From positions 1 through 64,000 of the forward strand of contig JBFMGU010000017.1 of NCBI GenBank assembly GCA_040752415.1: DNA of 64,000 bases, given 5' to 3'. The notes beneath the pieces were generated by a model. The model saw nothing but the letters and a program-made list of their open reading frames with translations, was not told the origin of the DNA and did not search any database. This DNA is from Myxococcota bacterium (lineage in GTDB: Bacteria > Myxococcota > JACRCW01). The first letter of the stretch is position 1. Every line of letters starts with the position of its first letter. The position numbers and the translations under genes were made by a program. Positions 43,988 through 53,752 of the stretch are shown here, one piece after another.

Positions 43988-45013
43988 TCAAAGCAGGCGC
44001 AGCTGCCCGCCCTTGTCGGTGGGACGACGGAATGGTGAGGCCTCCGGCGGATCCCGGTGGCGTCGCAATCCCAGCTTGCGCGCGGTGACGTCGTAGATCT
44101 GGAACAGTGAGCTCGCATATTCGCCTTCACCCTTGAAGCGGTTGCCAAAGCGCGGGTCATTCAGTCTTCCGCCGCGCACGTCACGCACCCGGCCCAGGAC
44201 CTTGTCGACGACGAGCGGCAGGTTCTCCCGCAGCCGTTCCACAAAGACCTCCTTGACGCTGCCCGGCAAGCGCAACATGCCCATGTTCACCGAGAATGCG
44301 CCAGCCTCCGCCGCGGCCTCCAGGATGTGGACGATGTCGCGGTCGCCCAGCCCGGGGATCACCGGCTGCATGTTGACGGAAACCGGCAGGCCCGCCGCGT
44401 TCAGGCGACGCACCGTCTCCATCCGTCGTCGGGGCGGAGCCACGTAGGGCTCGATGGCGCGCGCGTGCTCCTCGTTCCAGATGGGAACGCTGATGAACAC
44501 GTGCAGCCACGCGTCCCTGTGGAGCTGCTGCAGCACCTCGACGTCGCGCTCGATGAGCGGGCTCTTGGTGATGATGGCCACGGGGTTGCGGTACTCCGCG
44601 CAGACCTTGAGGCAGGCGCGCGTGAGCTCGTAGCTGGCTTCCAGCGGCTGGTAGCAGTCGGTGTCGCCGCTGAAGGTGATGAGCTCACCTCGCCACGACG
44701 GGCGCTCGAACGCTTCCCGCAACAGCTCCGCGGCGCGCGGCTTGATGACGATGCGTCGCTCGAAGTCCGTCCCGGCGCCAAAGCTCAGGTACTCGTGCGT
44801 GGGGCGCGCGTAGCAGTAGGCGCATGCGTGGTAGCAGCCGCGGTAGGGATTGACGCTGAAGCGGAATCCCACGTCGGGGCTGTCGTTCTCGGAGAGGATG
44901 TTGCGGGTGTCATCCCGGTAGACCTGCAGCCGGATGGGCGGAGGCTCACCGAGGTACTCCGTCACCGTGGAGGACCAGGGATTGGGCGGGTTGTCCACGG
45001 GGATGGGCCGCAT
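43988..45013 (-). CDS. PA0069/Rv2578c-family radical SAM protein (SplB-related)
   Basis: 'NDSPDVGFRFSVNPYRGCYHACAYCYARPTHEYL', 'TDCYQPLE', 'TKSPLIERD', C-terminal 'GQLRLL'. Confidence 0.9.
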   Translation of the reverse strand: MRPIPVDNPPNPWSSTVTEYLGEPPPIRLQVYRDDTRNILSENDSPDVGFRFSVNPYRGCYHACAYCYARPTHEYLSFGAGTDFERRIVIKPRAAELLREAFERPSWRGELITFSGDTDCYQPLEASYELTRACLKVCAEYRNPVAIITKSPLIERDVEVLQQLHRDAWLHVFISVPIWNEEHARAIEPYVAPPRRRMETVRRLNAAGLPVSVNMQPVIPGLGDRDIVHILEAAAEAGAFSVNMGMLRLPGSVKEVFVERLRENLPLVVDKVLGRVRDVRGGRLNDPRFGNRFKGEGEYASSLFQIYDVTARKLGLRRHRDPPEASPFRRPTDKGGQLRLL

Positions 45014-45038
45014 GGGAAGCGTGTTCCATAACCCAACT

Positions 45039-46016
45039 TCAACGCGGTGCAGGCTGAGGGGCAGCGCAAACGCGATTCCGCCCACCCTGCTTGGCCGCAT
45101 ACATCGCCTGATCCGCCCGCGCGATGAGTGCGTCCCGCGTCTCATCCCCGCCCTGCTCGGCCACCCCAAAGGACGCCGTCATGCCGATGGTCTGCTCACC
45201 GATGAGGAGCGGGCTCTTCTGCAGGATGGCGCGGGCCCGTTCGGCAACCCGATGCGCGCGTGCGAGCTCGACGCCCGGCAGGACGAGCAGGAACTCCTCC
45301 CCACCCCAGCGCGCCACGCTGTCGCCGGCGCGCAGCACCGTTGACAACAGGTGCGCCACGCGCCGCAGCACTTCATCACCCACGGCGTGACCATGTTGGT
45401 CATTGATGCGCTTGAAGTGATCCACATCCACCAGCACCACCGACGTGGGGCCTGTGCGCGTGTCGGGAAAGACGAGATCCAGGCCGCGGCGGTTGAGCGC
45501 ACCGGTCAGCGGATCCACCTGCGCCAGGCGCGCCAGCCGCGCAATCTCGACGTGGGGCGAGCAGATGGCAGCCAGCAGCTCGAGCAGGGCCTCGTGGTGC
45601 GCGGTGAAGTGATCCCGCTCGCCATGCACTGCGCTGAGGACGCCCAGGCAGACACGGCCCGCCATCATGGGGACACCCACGAAGCTTCCGAGGGGATCCT
45701 TGAGATCGGGGCGGTGGTGAAAGCGGGGTTCGGCTTGCGCGTCGCCGCTGCGCAAGGGCTGACCGTGTTGCGCCACCCAACCCACGAGCCCCTGACCCAA
45801 CGTGAAATCCGCAAAGGCATCCGTGTGCAGCGCCTCACCCGCACGCACCGACGCCATCAAGCGCGTGCCGCTGGGGTCGAGCAGGCGGACGCTCGCGCGC
45901 GGCGTGTCGAGGAGCGCCGCAGCCTCATTGGCGATGGACTGAAGGAGCTGCTCCAAAGTGAGAGGCGCGCGCAGGCCGCGCGTCAAGGCCGCAAGCTTCT
46001 GAAGCTCCTCGCTCAT
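45039..46016 (-). CDS. GAF-domain diguanylate cyclase
   Basis: GAF ('GLVGWVAQHGQPL'), 'DPLTGALNRR', 'DVDHFKRIND', I-site RAGD, GGEEF. Confidence 0.92.
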   Translation of the reverse strand: MSEELQKLAALTRGLRAPLTLEQLLQSIANEAAALLDTPRASVRLLDPSGTRLMASVRAGEALHTDAFADFTLGQGLVGWVAQHGQPLRSGDAQAEPRFHHRPDLKDPLGSFVGVPMMAGRVCLGVLSAVHGERDHFTAHHEALLELLAAICSPHVEIARLARLAQVDPLTGALNRRGLDLVFPDTRTGPTSVVLVDVDHFKRINDQHGHAVGDEVLRRVAHLLSTVLRAGDSVARWGGEEFLLVLPGVELARAHRVAERARAILQKSPLLIGEQTIGMTASFGVAEQGGDETRDALIARADQAMYAAKQGGRNRVCAAPQPAPR

Positions 46017-46238
46017 GCCGCGGACGATACCACGCAACCCCGCTCAGGGTGGTGCACGTCGCTCCCGCTGGCGCGGGTACGCGCTGGTTTCACCGCGGTT
46101 CCATCTCGGGCTGGATCCACAAGGCGTGGTCATCCTCATCACCACGACAACACGCTATCCATCAAGCGCGGCACCAGGATGCTCGGGACCCACGGCACCC
46201 TACGCACCCCGCCATGACGGCCACGGCCCGTGCTCGCG

Positions 46239-49200
46239 TCACTTGGGCACGACGCGGATGACGCCTTCCTCGCCCCAGACCACGGCGTTGGGAAGCAGCG
46301 CCAACGTGGTGACGCGCGCGGGGTCCACCTCGGCAAGACGCTGCGGCAGCGTGCCGGGAACGTCCTTGCGCAGACGCACCAGGCCCAGCGCGCCATCCAC
46401 CCAGTACACGTGGCTCTCGTCGACGAGAAGCGGCCCGGTCACCTCCACCGGGATGCTGCTCAGCACGCTGAGGTTGCCCGTCTCCCGCTCCCTCCGCTGG
46501 ATGCGCGCATCCGCCGCGAAGTAGAGCGCCTGCGCGTCGACGGCGAAGCTGCGGACCATGGTGGCCAGCGCCGGGAACGAGGGCAGCGCGGCGTTGGACC
46601 GCACCGCGTGGTCGGCGGAGAGCCAGTACACGTCACCTTCGACCACCTGCAGGTCACCCACCCACGGCAATCCGCTGACGACGTCGACCACGGTGCCGCC
46701 ATGCCGGGGAACCTTGCGAATGGTCGCGGTGGTGACGCTGCCGTCGTCGGTGCGGGTGGCCCAGTAGAGGAACTCCCCGTCCCACGTCAGGCCGTAGGGC
46801 TGGCGTTGTCCACGCGCCAACACCACCACCGGTCCGCCCTGGACCGAGGTGGCCAGCACGGTGCCCTCCGCTTCGTCGGTCCAGCTCACCACGCCACCGT
46901 CGGCCACCAGTGACGACGGACGCCGCAGGTCGCTGGCCACCACCACCGGCCGCTCCTCGCCCACGTCCATGCGCAGGATGCTGTGCAGTCCGTCGGGTGC
47001 GCGGTTCACCCAGAACACCGACCCGCCCGAAGCCGCCATGGCCACCGGCAACACCGAGGAGACCGTCACCGTCCTGGGCGTGCCAAGGCCACGTCGCAGG
47101 AAGTGGATCTCCCCCGCGTCCATGTCGATCGTCGTGAGTCCGCTTCCGTCGCCCAGCAACTCACGCCAGCGACCGGGGAAGCTCGCCACCTCCACGGCGC
47201 GTCCCGTCGCCTTGGCCACGCGCATGAGGCTGGTGAAGCGCACGCTGTAGTCGGAGTTGTACTGCAGCACCTGGAAGAATACGTCGTCATCATCCACCGA
47301 CGTGATGCCGCAGAAGTGGTACGCGGTGTCCGGCCGCCCGTGGAAGTCGACGAACACCTCCGGCTCACCACCGTCACGACGGATGCGCCACAGCCGGCAT
47401 GGTCCGCGGAAGAAGTACACGTACGTGGAATCCGCGCCCACCGACGAGAGCCACTGTCCCACCTGGTAGGGCACCACGGGCCAGATGAGCCCCTGGTCCG
47501 CGTCGGCGGTGAGGATGGCGGACCCGCCGGGGTCTTCACCCGCGGAGCCCACCCAGAACAGTGCGTCCTCGTGTCGCGCGATGCTGCCCACGTTCAGCGT
47601 ATCGGCGTCGCTGGTCCAGTCCTCACCACTCTTGCGCGCGCGGTTGAAGCAGCCCGCGTCGCCTCCGTCGTTGCCTTCGGAGAACCACACCAGGTCGGTG
47701 GGCGTGGCGTAGAGGCGCTTGGGATGTCCCGGCGTGTCCAGCAACACCGCGGCGTCGTTTCCGTCGAGCGAAGAACGCCAGATGGCGCCATGGTCGGTGC
47801 CGGGCTGGGTGTAGACGCCCCAATAGAGCCGGGTGTCGTCGACGGCCAGGCCCATGACGTAGCGGGTCTCCGGAATGACGGTGACCGCGGCGCCGCCCCC
47901 GCGCGGGATGCGCATGATGCCGCCCTCCTGCCAGGCGCGCACGGTCCAGTAGATGTGCTGCGCGTTCATGGCGGCAAAGCTCATGGCGCCAAGGCGTGAG
48001 CCCAGCACGGGGATGTCATCCTGCAGCGCGGTCCGCAGCACCACGCCATCCTCCACGTGGTACACCCCGGTCTCGTCGACGGTGAACGGCCGCGGCCCGG
48101 CGTCAAAGCGCGTGACCATCACGCTGTGCGTGCCGCGTTCGCGGGTGAAGCGGTGGATGGGGCCACCCGGCGTCACGGCGCCCGCGTAGACATGCTGCCC
48201 CTGGAGCAACACCTGCGAGAAGGCCTCCGCGCCCCGGTGGAGCGCCAACGCCCCGCCACCTGCCGTCGAGCCCAGGAACACCGTCCTCGTTCCGTCGTCG
48301 TTCGCGGTGATCCAGGCCAGGTCCGTGTCTTCCACCGCCAGGGCCACCGGCGTGGAGCCCTGCTCGCGGAACAGCACCACCGGCTCGCCGCCGTGCTTTG
48401 GCACGCGCAGGATCTGACCGCCCAGCCCGTCGGCCCAGTAGAGGTGCGTGCTGTCCACCGCCATGGCCACCGCGCTGCCCGCGCCCGCGCACACCAGCGG
48501 CGAGGGACCTCCGGTGCGCGGCGTGCGCCAGATGGTCCCCGTCGAGGGAACAGGCCAGTACACGGAATCCTCGTCGAGCGCGATGGCCGACACGCCGTCC
48601 TCGAGGTGCGTGGTCAACACCTGCTGGCCGCCGCCCAGCTTGGGCATCCGGATCACCGCGTGGTGCTGCTGGTCCAGCCAGTACAGGTGCGTCTCGTCGG
48701 CGAGCATGCGCTTCACGGTGGTGCCCGCGGCCAACGTCAGCGCGCTCCCGCCCTCCTTGAACGCGCGCAGGATGCGGCCCTGCTCCAACGCGCCAGCGGC
48801 CCAGTACACCGCGGCCTCGTCGACCAGCACCGCCGTGGCCTCCGCGGCCGTGCCCTCCACCAGCGCCGCGCCGCACCCAAAACCCGCGCACACCCCGCCG
48901 CGACACGCATCCCCGGTGGTGCACGCGTTTCCATCGTCACAGGGCATGCCGTCGGGGACGGGCACCGGCTGGCACGCGCCGCCGAAACACAGGTGCATGG
49001 TGGTGCACGCCCCCGCCGCGCCACACGCGGTGCCATCCGGCGCGGGCGCATGGCCGCAACCGGTGAGCGGGTCGCACAGGTCCGCGGTGCAGGGATCCCC
49101 GTCGTCACAGGACTCCGCCACCGGGATGAAGGCGCAGCCGGTCAATGGGTCGCAGGCGTCCACGGTGCACGCCACGTCGTCACGACATGCGATCGGGAAG

Positions 49201-49757
49201 CCGCGGCACACACCGTCGGCGCAGGTGTCGTCGGTGGTACAGGCGTTGCCGTCGTTGCACGCGGTGGGAACCGGGGTGTGCGCGCAGGACTCCGCGGTCA
49301 CGTCCCAGCGGTCCAGGGTGCACGGATTGTCGTCGTCACAGGTGGGGAGCGGCGCGCCCACGCCGTGCAGCGCAATGTGCACGGGCTCCGCTTCCGGCGC
49401 GTCGGTGTACAGGGTCAGGGTGCCGGTGCAGGTGCGGGTCTCGTCGGGGAGGAAGCGCAGGTCCACCCGCAGCGACCGACCCGCGGAGAGCGTGCGTTGC
49501 TCCGGAACCTGCGCGGTGAAGGCAAGGTCGCCGTCGATGATGACGTTGGTGATGCGGATGGTGGTGTTGCCGCGGTTGCGCAGGGTCACCACGCGCGCGG
49601 CGCGGGCGCCGGTGATCACCGCGCCAAAGTCCACGCTCGCGGGCTCCGCCTCGACGAGGAACGTGAGGTCCTGCAAGCGGCTCTCGCCGGCGTCCGGACA
49701 GCCCAGAAGGCAGACCTGGGCCGCCAGGACACCAGGTGTCCAGACCGCACGGCGCAT
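46239..49757 (-). CDS. Lipoprotein with Ig-like (choice-of-anchor D-like) domain, Cys-rich repeats and multiple beta-propeller repeats
   Basis: 'LLGC' lipobox; 'VDFGAV...VTLRNRG'; several CxDxNxCTxDxC repeats; many 'avDethvYW' blades. Confidence 0.8.
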   Translation of the reverse strand: MRRAVWTPGVLAAQVCLLGCPDAGESRLQDLTFLVEAEPASVDFGAVITGARAARVVTLRNRGNTTIRITNVIIDGDLAFTAQVPEQRTLSAGRSLRVDLRFLPDETRTCTGTLTLYTDAPEAEPVHIALHGVGAPLPTCDDDNPCTLDRWDVTAESCAHTPVPTACNDGNACTTDDTCADGVCRGFPIACRDDVACTVDACDPLTGCAFIPVAESCDDGDPCTADLCDPLTGCGHAPAPDGTACGAAGACTTMHLCFGGACQPVPVPDGMPCDDGNACTTGDACRGGVCAGFGCGAALVEGTAAEATAVLVDEAAVYWAAGALEQGRILRAFKEGGSALTLAAGTTVKRMLADETHLYWLDQQHHAVIRMPKLGGGQQVLTTHLEDGVSAIALDEDSVYWPVPSTGTIWRTPRTGGPSPLVCAGAGSAVAMAVDSTHLYWADGLGGQILRVPKHGGEPVVLFREQGSTPVALAVEDTDLAWITANDDGTRTVFLGSTAGGGALALHRGAEAFSQVLLQGQHVYAGAVTPGGPIHRFTRERGTHSVMVTRFDAGPRPFTVDETGVYHVEDGVVLRTALQDDIPVLGSRLGAMSFAAMNAQHIYWTVRAWQEGGIMRIPRGGGAAVTVIPETRYVMGLAVDDTRLYWGVYTQPGTDHGAIWRSSLDGNDAAVLLDTPGHPKRLYATPTDLVWFSEGNDGGDAGCFNRARKSGEDWTSDADTLNVGSIARHEDALFWVGSAGEDPGGSAILTADADQGLIWPVVPYQVGQWLSSVGADSTYVYFFRGPCRLWRIRRDGGEPEVFVDFHGRPDTAYHFCGITSVDDDDVFFQVLQYNSDYSVRFTSLMRVAKATGRAVEVASFPGRWRELLGDGSGLTTIDMDAGEIHFLRRGLGTPRTVTVSSVLPVAMAASGGSVFWVNRAPDGLHSILRMDVGEERPVVVASDLRRPSSLVADGGVVSWTDEAEGTVLATSVQGGPVVVLARGQRQPYGLTWDGEFLYWATRTDDGSVTTATIRKVPRHGGTVVDVVSGLPWVGDLQVVEGDVYWLSADHAVRSNAALPSFPALATMVRSFAVDAQALYFAADARIQRRERETGNLSVLSSIPVEVTGPLLVDESHVYWVDGALGLVRLRKDVPGTLPQRLAEVDPARVTTLALLPNAVVWGEEGVIRVVPK

Positions 49758-49831
49758 GCGCGTGTTCCCGGGTGATGGATGGGGAGGTGACTCGGAAAGT
49801 CTTTAACGCTGGCGAAAGCGTGCGGCAGCCA

Positions 49832-50614
49832 TCACGCCGCGCGGTTCACCAGCGTGGTCCCCAGCTGCGGCGCCGCGCCGGGGAAGGTGCGCTCCACCGC
49901 TTCGGTCAGCGTGAGCACCACCTTGGGGTTGTTGATGGAGAAGTGGCTGTGCACGCCGTCAATGGTCCAGGTGCGACGCACCCCGTCCGGCATGCGGTGC
50001 GGGATGGTCTCGCTGAACGCCTCCACGAAGTTCATCCCCAGCTCCGGGATGACCGGGTCGCGGTAGTTGTCGATGCCGAAGAGGTTCATGATGGCGCCAA
50101 AGGGTGCGCCCTTGCTCTCTAGCGGCGTGCTGAGGCTGATGGAAGGGATGCCCAGCTCCGCGCCCAGCGCGTGCGCAATGCTCCCGCCAAAGCTGTAACC
50201 GAACAGCACCAAGCGCTTGTCCTGGTGCTCACGACACAGCGCCAACGCCTGCTTCCGGATGTCCTTGCGGGAGCGCAACGTGAGCACGCCCCGCACCGCC
50301 GCCACGTGGTAACCACGCGCGGTCAGCATGGCCTTGAGCGCCGGCATGCCCTTGGTGCTCATGAGGTAGCCGGGCACCAGCACCACCACCACGGCGTCGG
50401 ACGGCGCTGGCGTCACCCGACGGTGGAACGTGAAGAGCTGGTAGAGCAGGATCTCCAGCAGGTCGGTGACCGTGTGCCACAGGTAGTGCAGCAGCAGGAC
50501 CCAGGGCTCCAGTCCCTCGCGCTGAGCACACGCGCGCAGACCACCACGGGCATTGCGGAAGCAATACGAGAGTGTCTGACAGAACGCGCCAACGCGCCGC
50601 AGCAGGCTCATCAC
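49832..50614 (-). CDS. Alpha/beta hydrolase (lipase/esterase-like)
   Basis: 'VLVPGYLM', GxSxG 'GYSFGG', 'SLSTP', 'GVHSH'. Confidence 0.7.
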   Translation of the reverse strand: MMSLLRRVGAFCQTLSYCFRNARGGLRACAQREGLEPWVLLLHYLWHTVTDLLEILLYQLFTFHRRVTPAPSDAVVVVLVPGYLMSTKGMPALKAMLTARGYHVAAVRGVLTLRSRKDIRKQALALCREHQDKRLVLFGYSFGGSIAHALGAELGIPSISLSTPLESKGAPFGAIMNLFGIDNYRDPVIPELGMNFVEAFSETIPHRMPDGVRRTWTIDGVHSHFSINNPKVVLTLTEAVERTFPGAAPQLGTTLVNRAA

Positions 50615-50671
50615 GATGGCGCGGCGGTTAGCGGAGGGCGCAGCAATCTGTCAACAAACGCCAGCCGCGTT

Positions 50672-50827
50672 TCAGCGACTGCGACGACGTGCCGGGACCG
50701 CCACCGGGACCCGCACCGGACGCAGCGGCGTGGGAGAGAGAACATCCACCAGGGCCTGCAACGCGTCCTGCACCTTGTCCGCCAGGTCGCGCAGCCGGGA
50801 CTTTCCTTGTGAAGAGCGGTCGGTCAT
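50672..50827 (-). CDS. Small hypothetical protein (51 aa)
   Basis: AGGAG RBS; MTDRSSQGKSRLRDLADKVQDALQALVDVLSPTPLRPVRVPVAVPARRRSR. Confidence 0.6.
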   Translation of the reverse strand: MTDRSSQGKSRLRDLADKVQDALQALVDVLSPTPLRPVRVPVAVPARRRSR

Positions 50828-50977
50828 GGAGCTCCTGCATTCCCCGCGCGGTAGGAGTCCTTCCCACACCTCCGCGCAAGCTGGCCGAGCACGGAGAATA
50901 GGCATCCGCAAGCCACGCAGCAATGTGTGTTTTTGGTTCCGTGACGCCACTACGATGCACTGCGCAATGGGCCCCGC

Positions 50978-52186
50978 ATGAAGCTCGACCTCATCAGCCT
51001 CTCGCTGCCCGCGTTCTTCCTCCTCATCGTCGTGGAGCTGGTGGTGGCGCGTCTGCTGCGACGCAAGCTGTACCACTTCGCGGACTCGGTGACGGACCTG
51101 AGCTGCGGGATCCTGCAACAGGTGCTGGAGGTGTTCGTCGCGGGGCTGCTGCTGGCGCCGTACCTGTTCCTCTACGAACACGCGCGCATCACGGATTTGT
51201 CGACGGAGTCCAGCTGGGCGTGGGTGGCGTGCTTCGTGGGCGTGGACGTGGCCTACTACTGGTTCCACCGCTTCAGCCACCAGTGCGCCGTCGCGTGGGG
51301 CGTGCACATCGTCCATCACCAGAGTGAGGAGTACAACCTGACGGTGGCGCTGCGACAGGACGCGTTCCAGCCGTTCATCAGCGCGTTCTTCTACCTGCCG
51401 CTCGCGGTGCTGGGATTCCCGCCGGTCATGACGCTGACGTGTCGCTCGCTCAACACCATCTACCAGTTCTGGATCCACACGCGCGCCGTGGGGCGACTGG
51501 GACCGCTGGAGTGGATCCTCAACACGCCCTCGCATCACCGCGTGCACCACGGTTCCAACCGCAAGTACTGGGACAAGAACTTCGCGGGCGTGTTCATCAC
51601 GTGGGACCAGCTCTTCGGTACGTTCCATCCCGAGCAGGAGGAGCCCACCTATGGCGTCACGGAGTCCGTCCAGAGCTGGAATCCCGTCTGGGCACACGTG
51701 CACTACTACACGGTGCTGGCGCGCAAGGTCCGGGACACGCGCGGGCTGTTCAACAAGCTGCAGGTGCTGTTGCGCAAGCCGGGCTGGTTGCCGCCGGGCA
51801 TGAAGGAGCCGGAGCACCCGCCACCCGTGAAGTACGACGCGCACGCTTCTCCCGCGCTTCACGCCTACGTGGCGACGACATTTGCCACCGTCCTGCTGGG
51901 CACGGTGGGGTTCCTGTTCAGCGCCCGCGCGCTCTCCGACGGGGTGCGCGTGGCCGTGGCGCTGCTCATCACGTGGACGGTGATGAACCTGGGGGTGATC
52001 CTCGAGGCGAAGCGTTGGGGGTTGTACTCGGAGCGGCTGCGCCTGGGCGCCATGATGGGCGCGTTGTGCGTCCTGCCGCCGACGTGGATGGCGGGCATCC
52101 CGGTGCTGCTGGGGATGGCGCTGTGGCTGCACGTGGGCTACGCGCGCCTGTCGAGCGCGACGGTGCCCGCGCCGGCCTCGGCGTGA
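50978..52186 (+). CDS. Sterol desaturase family / alkylglycerol monooxygenase-like protein
   Basis: His boxes 'YYWFHRFSH', 'HIVHHQSEEYNL', 'YQFWIHT', 'TPSHHRVHHG'. Confidence 0.9.
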   Translation: MKLDLISLSLPAFFLLIVVELVVARLLRRKLYHFADSVTDLSCGILQQVLEVFVAGLLLAPYLFLYEHARITDLSTESSWAWVACFVGVDVAYYWFHRFSHQCAVAWGVHIVHHQSEEYNLTVALRQDAFQPFISAFFYLPLAVLGFPPVMTLTCRSLNTIYQFWIHTRAVGRLGPLEWILNTPSHHRVHHGSNRKYWDKNFAGVFITWDQLFGTFHPEQEEPTYGVTESVQSWNPVWAHVHYYTVLARKVRDTRGLFNKLQVLLRKPGWLPPGMKEPEHPPPVKYDAHASPALHAYVATTFATVLLGTVGFLFSARALSDGVRVAVALLITWTVMNLGVILEAKRWGLYSERLRLGAMMGALCVLPPTWMAGIPVLLGMALWLHVGYARLSSATVPAPASA

Positions 52187-52209
52187 CGACGCGCGAAGGG
52201 GAGGGTGAG

Positions 52210-52992
52210 ATGGGGTTGCTCGACTGGCTCGGCGGACGCAAGGACGAACCGCGCCTGGCGCTGTGTTTCGTGCTGCTGGAATCCCACGACGAGCTCAATG
52301 ACGTGGTAGAGCGTGTGACCGCACGAGGACACCGCGTCGAGGACGTGCAGGTGACGTCGGGGAATGTCTCCTTCCGCGTGGCTGACCAGGAATGCCACGT
52401 CAGCGTGATGCCCGCGCCCATGCCCTGGTCCGACCTGGAGGGACCTTGCGCCACGGCGTGGTGGTGGAAGGACGCGGCCAACGCGTGTCGACGTCACCAG
52501 GTGCACGTGGTGGTCTCGGTGACCAGCTCCCGGGGCGACCGGTTTGGTCAGCGTCTGCTGCTCACCGACGTGGCCGCCGCGGTGGTGGACCGCGAGAAGG
52601 GCATTGGCGTCTACTGGGGCGAAGCCCCGCTGGTGCAGCCGCGCGGAGAATTCCTGGACCAGGCGCGGGAGGCCTCACGCGAGTACCTGCCGCTGCACCT
52701 GTGGGTGGACTTCCGCATCGAGCCGCGGGGAGAGCAGCAGTTCCTGTTTGCCACGTCGGGGATGCGCGCGCTGGGGCACATGGAGCTGGAGGCGGTGCAC
52801 CGCGTGGAGAGCGCGGAGGAGATCGCGGAGGTGGTCGACAAGATGTTCAACGTGGCGCACTACCTCTGCGACCACGGTCCCGTGCTGGAACACGGCCACA
52901 CCATTGGCATGACCGCCGACGAGAAGATCCGCATCGAGCACCGCGCCTCGGAATGGACGCGCCCGGAGAAGGTCATCCGGCTCTTCATCTGA
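52210..52992 (+). CDS. DUF4261-like domain protein
   Basis: 'TAWWW..A...HQVHVVV', 'GVYWG', 'LPLHLWVDF', 'TSGMRALGHMELE', 'YLCDHGPVLEHGHTIG'. Confidence 0.7.
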   Translation: MGLLDWLGGRKDEPRLALCFVLLESHDELNDVVERVTARGHRVEDVQVTSGNVSFRVADQECHVSVMPAPMPWSDLEGPCATAWWWKDAANACRRHQVHVVVSVTSSRGDRFGQRLLLTDVAAAVVDREKGIGVYWGEAPLVQPRGEFLDQAREASREYLPLHLWVDFRIEPRGEQQFLFATSGMRALGHMELEAVHRVESAEEIAEVVDKMFNVAHYLCDHGPVLEHGHTIGMTADEKIRIEHRASEWTRPEKVIRLFI

Positions 52993-53746
52993 GCGCCGCC
53001 AGCTCCGCCGTCACCGCAAGATGATCCGAGCCGCCACCACGCACGGTGCGCGCATTCGAGAAGCTCACGCCTCTTCCCAGGATGTGGTCGATCTGCACCA
53101 CCGCGGGCCAGGGCGAGTTGGCGCCTGGCCACGTGGGACCGCAGGAGAGGGGACCGGAGCATGCCTCCTGGAAGCCGGCACCGCGCAGCACCTCCAACCC
53201 GCCCGACGACGAGGGCTCATTGAAATCCCCCAGCACCAGCACCGGTCGCCTCTCCTGGCGGTAGCGGTCCACCAGCCCCTGCGCCTGCTGCACCCGCAGC
53301 TCCGCGTTCTCGCCCACCGTCTGCATGAGGCTGGCGTCGGCGTTGCGCCGGGCCACGGGCGGGAAGAGGTGGACGCAGACCACGCGCAGCTCGCGTTGCT
53401 CCGGCAGCACCACCACCGCTTCCGCCGCGGGCATCTTGTGCGGCTTCTGCGGGAACACGCGGAACTCCCGCACCGGGTAGCGACTCACGATGCCCAGTCC
53501 CCACGTCCCGCTGCGCGGCTCCCACTTGCGGTGTGGGTAGGTCTCACGGAGGCGCGCGTCGAACTCGCGCATGAAGGGCTTGGACACCTCCTGCACGCAC
53601 AACACGTCCGGTGCCTGCTGCTGGATGAGCTCCAGGGTCCTGGCACGCTGCTCCGCGCTGGCGTCGTACTGCACGTTGTAGGTCATCACCGTGGTTGACG
53701 ACGTGGCCACCACCGCCGCGAGCGTCAGGACGGTGAGCGCGGCCAT
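52985..53746 (-). CDS. Endonuclease/exonuclease/phosphatase family protein
   Basis: 'MTYNV', 'PDVLCVQEV', 'LGDFN', 'IDHIL', 'SDHLAV'. Confidence 0.88.
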   Translation of the reverse strand: MAALTVLTLAAVVATSSTTVMTYNVQYDASAEQRARTLELIQQQAPDVLCVQEVSKPFMREFDARLRETYPHRKWEPRSGTWGLGIVSRYPVREFRVFPQKPHKMPAAEAVVVLPEQRELRVVCVHLFPPVARRNADASLMQTVGENAELRVQQAQGLVDRYRQERRPVLVLGDFNEPSSSGGLEVLRGAGFQEACSGPLSCGPTWPGANSPWPAVVQIDHILGRGVSFSNARTVRGGGSDHLAVTAELAALR

Positions 53747-53752
53747 GCGTCC

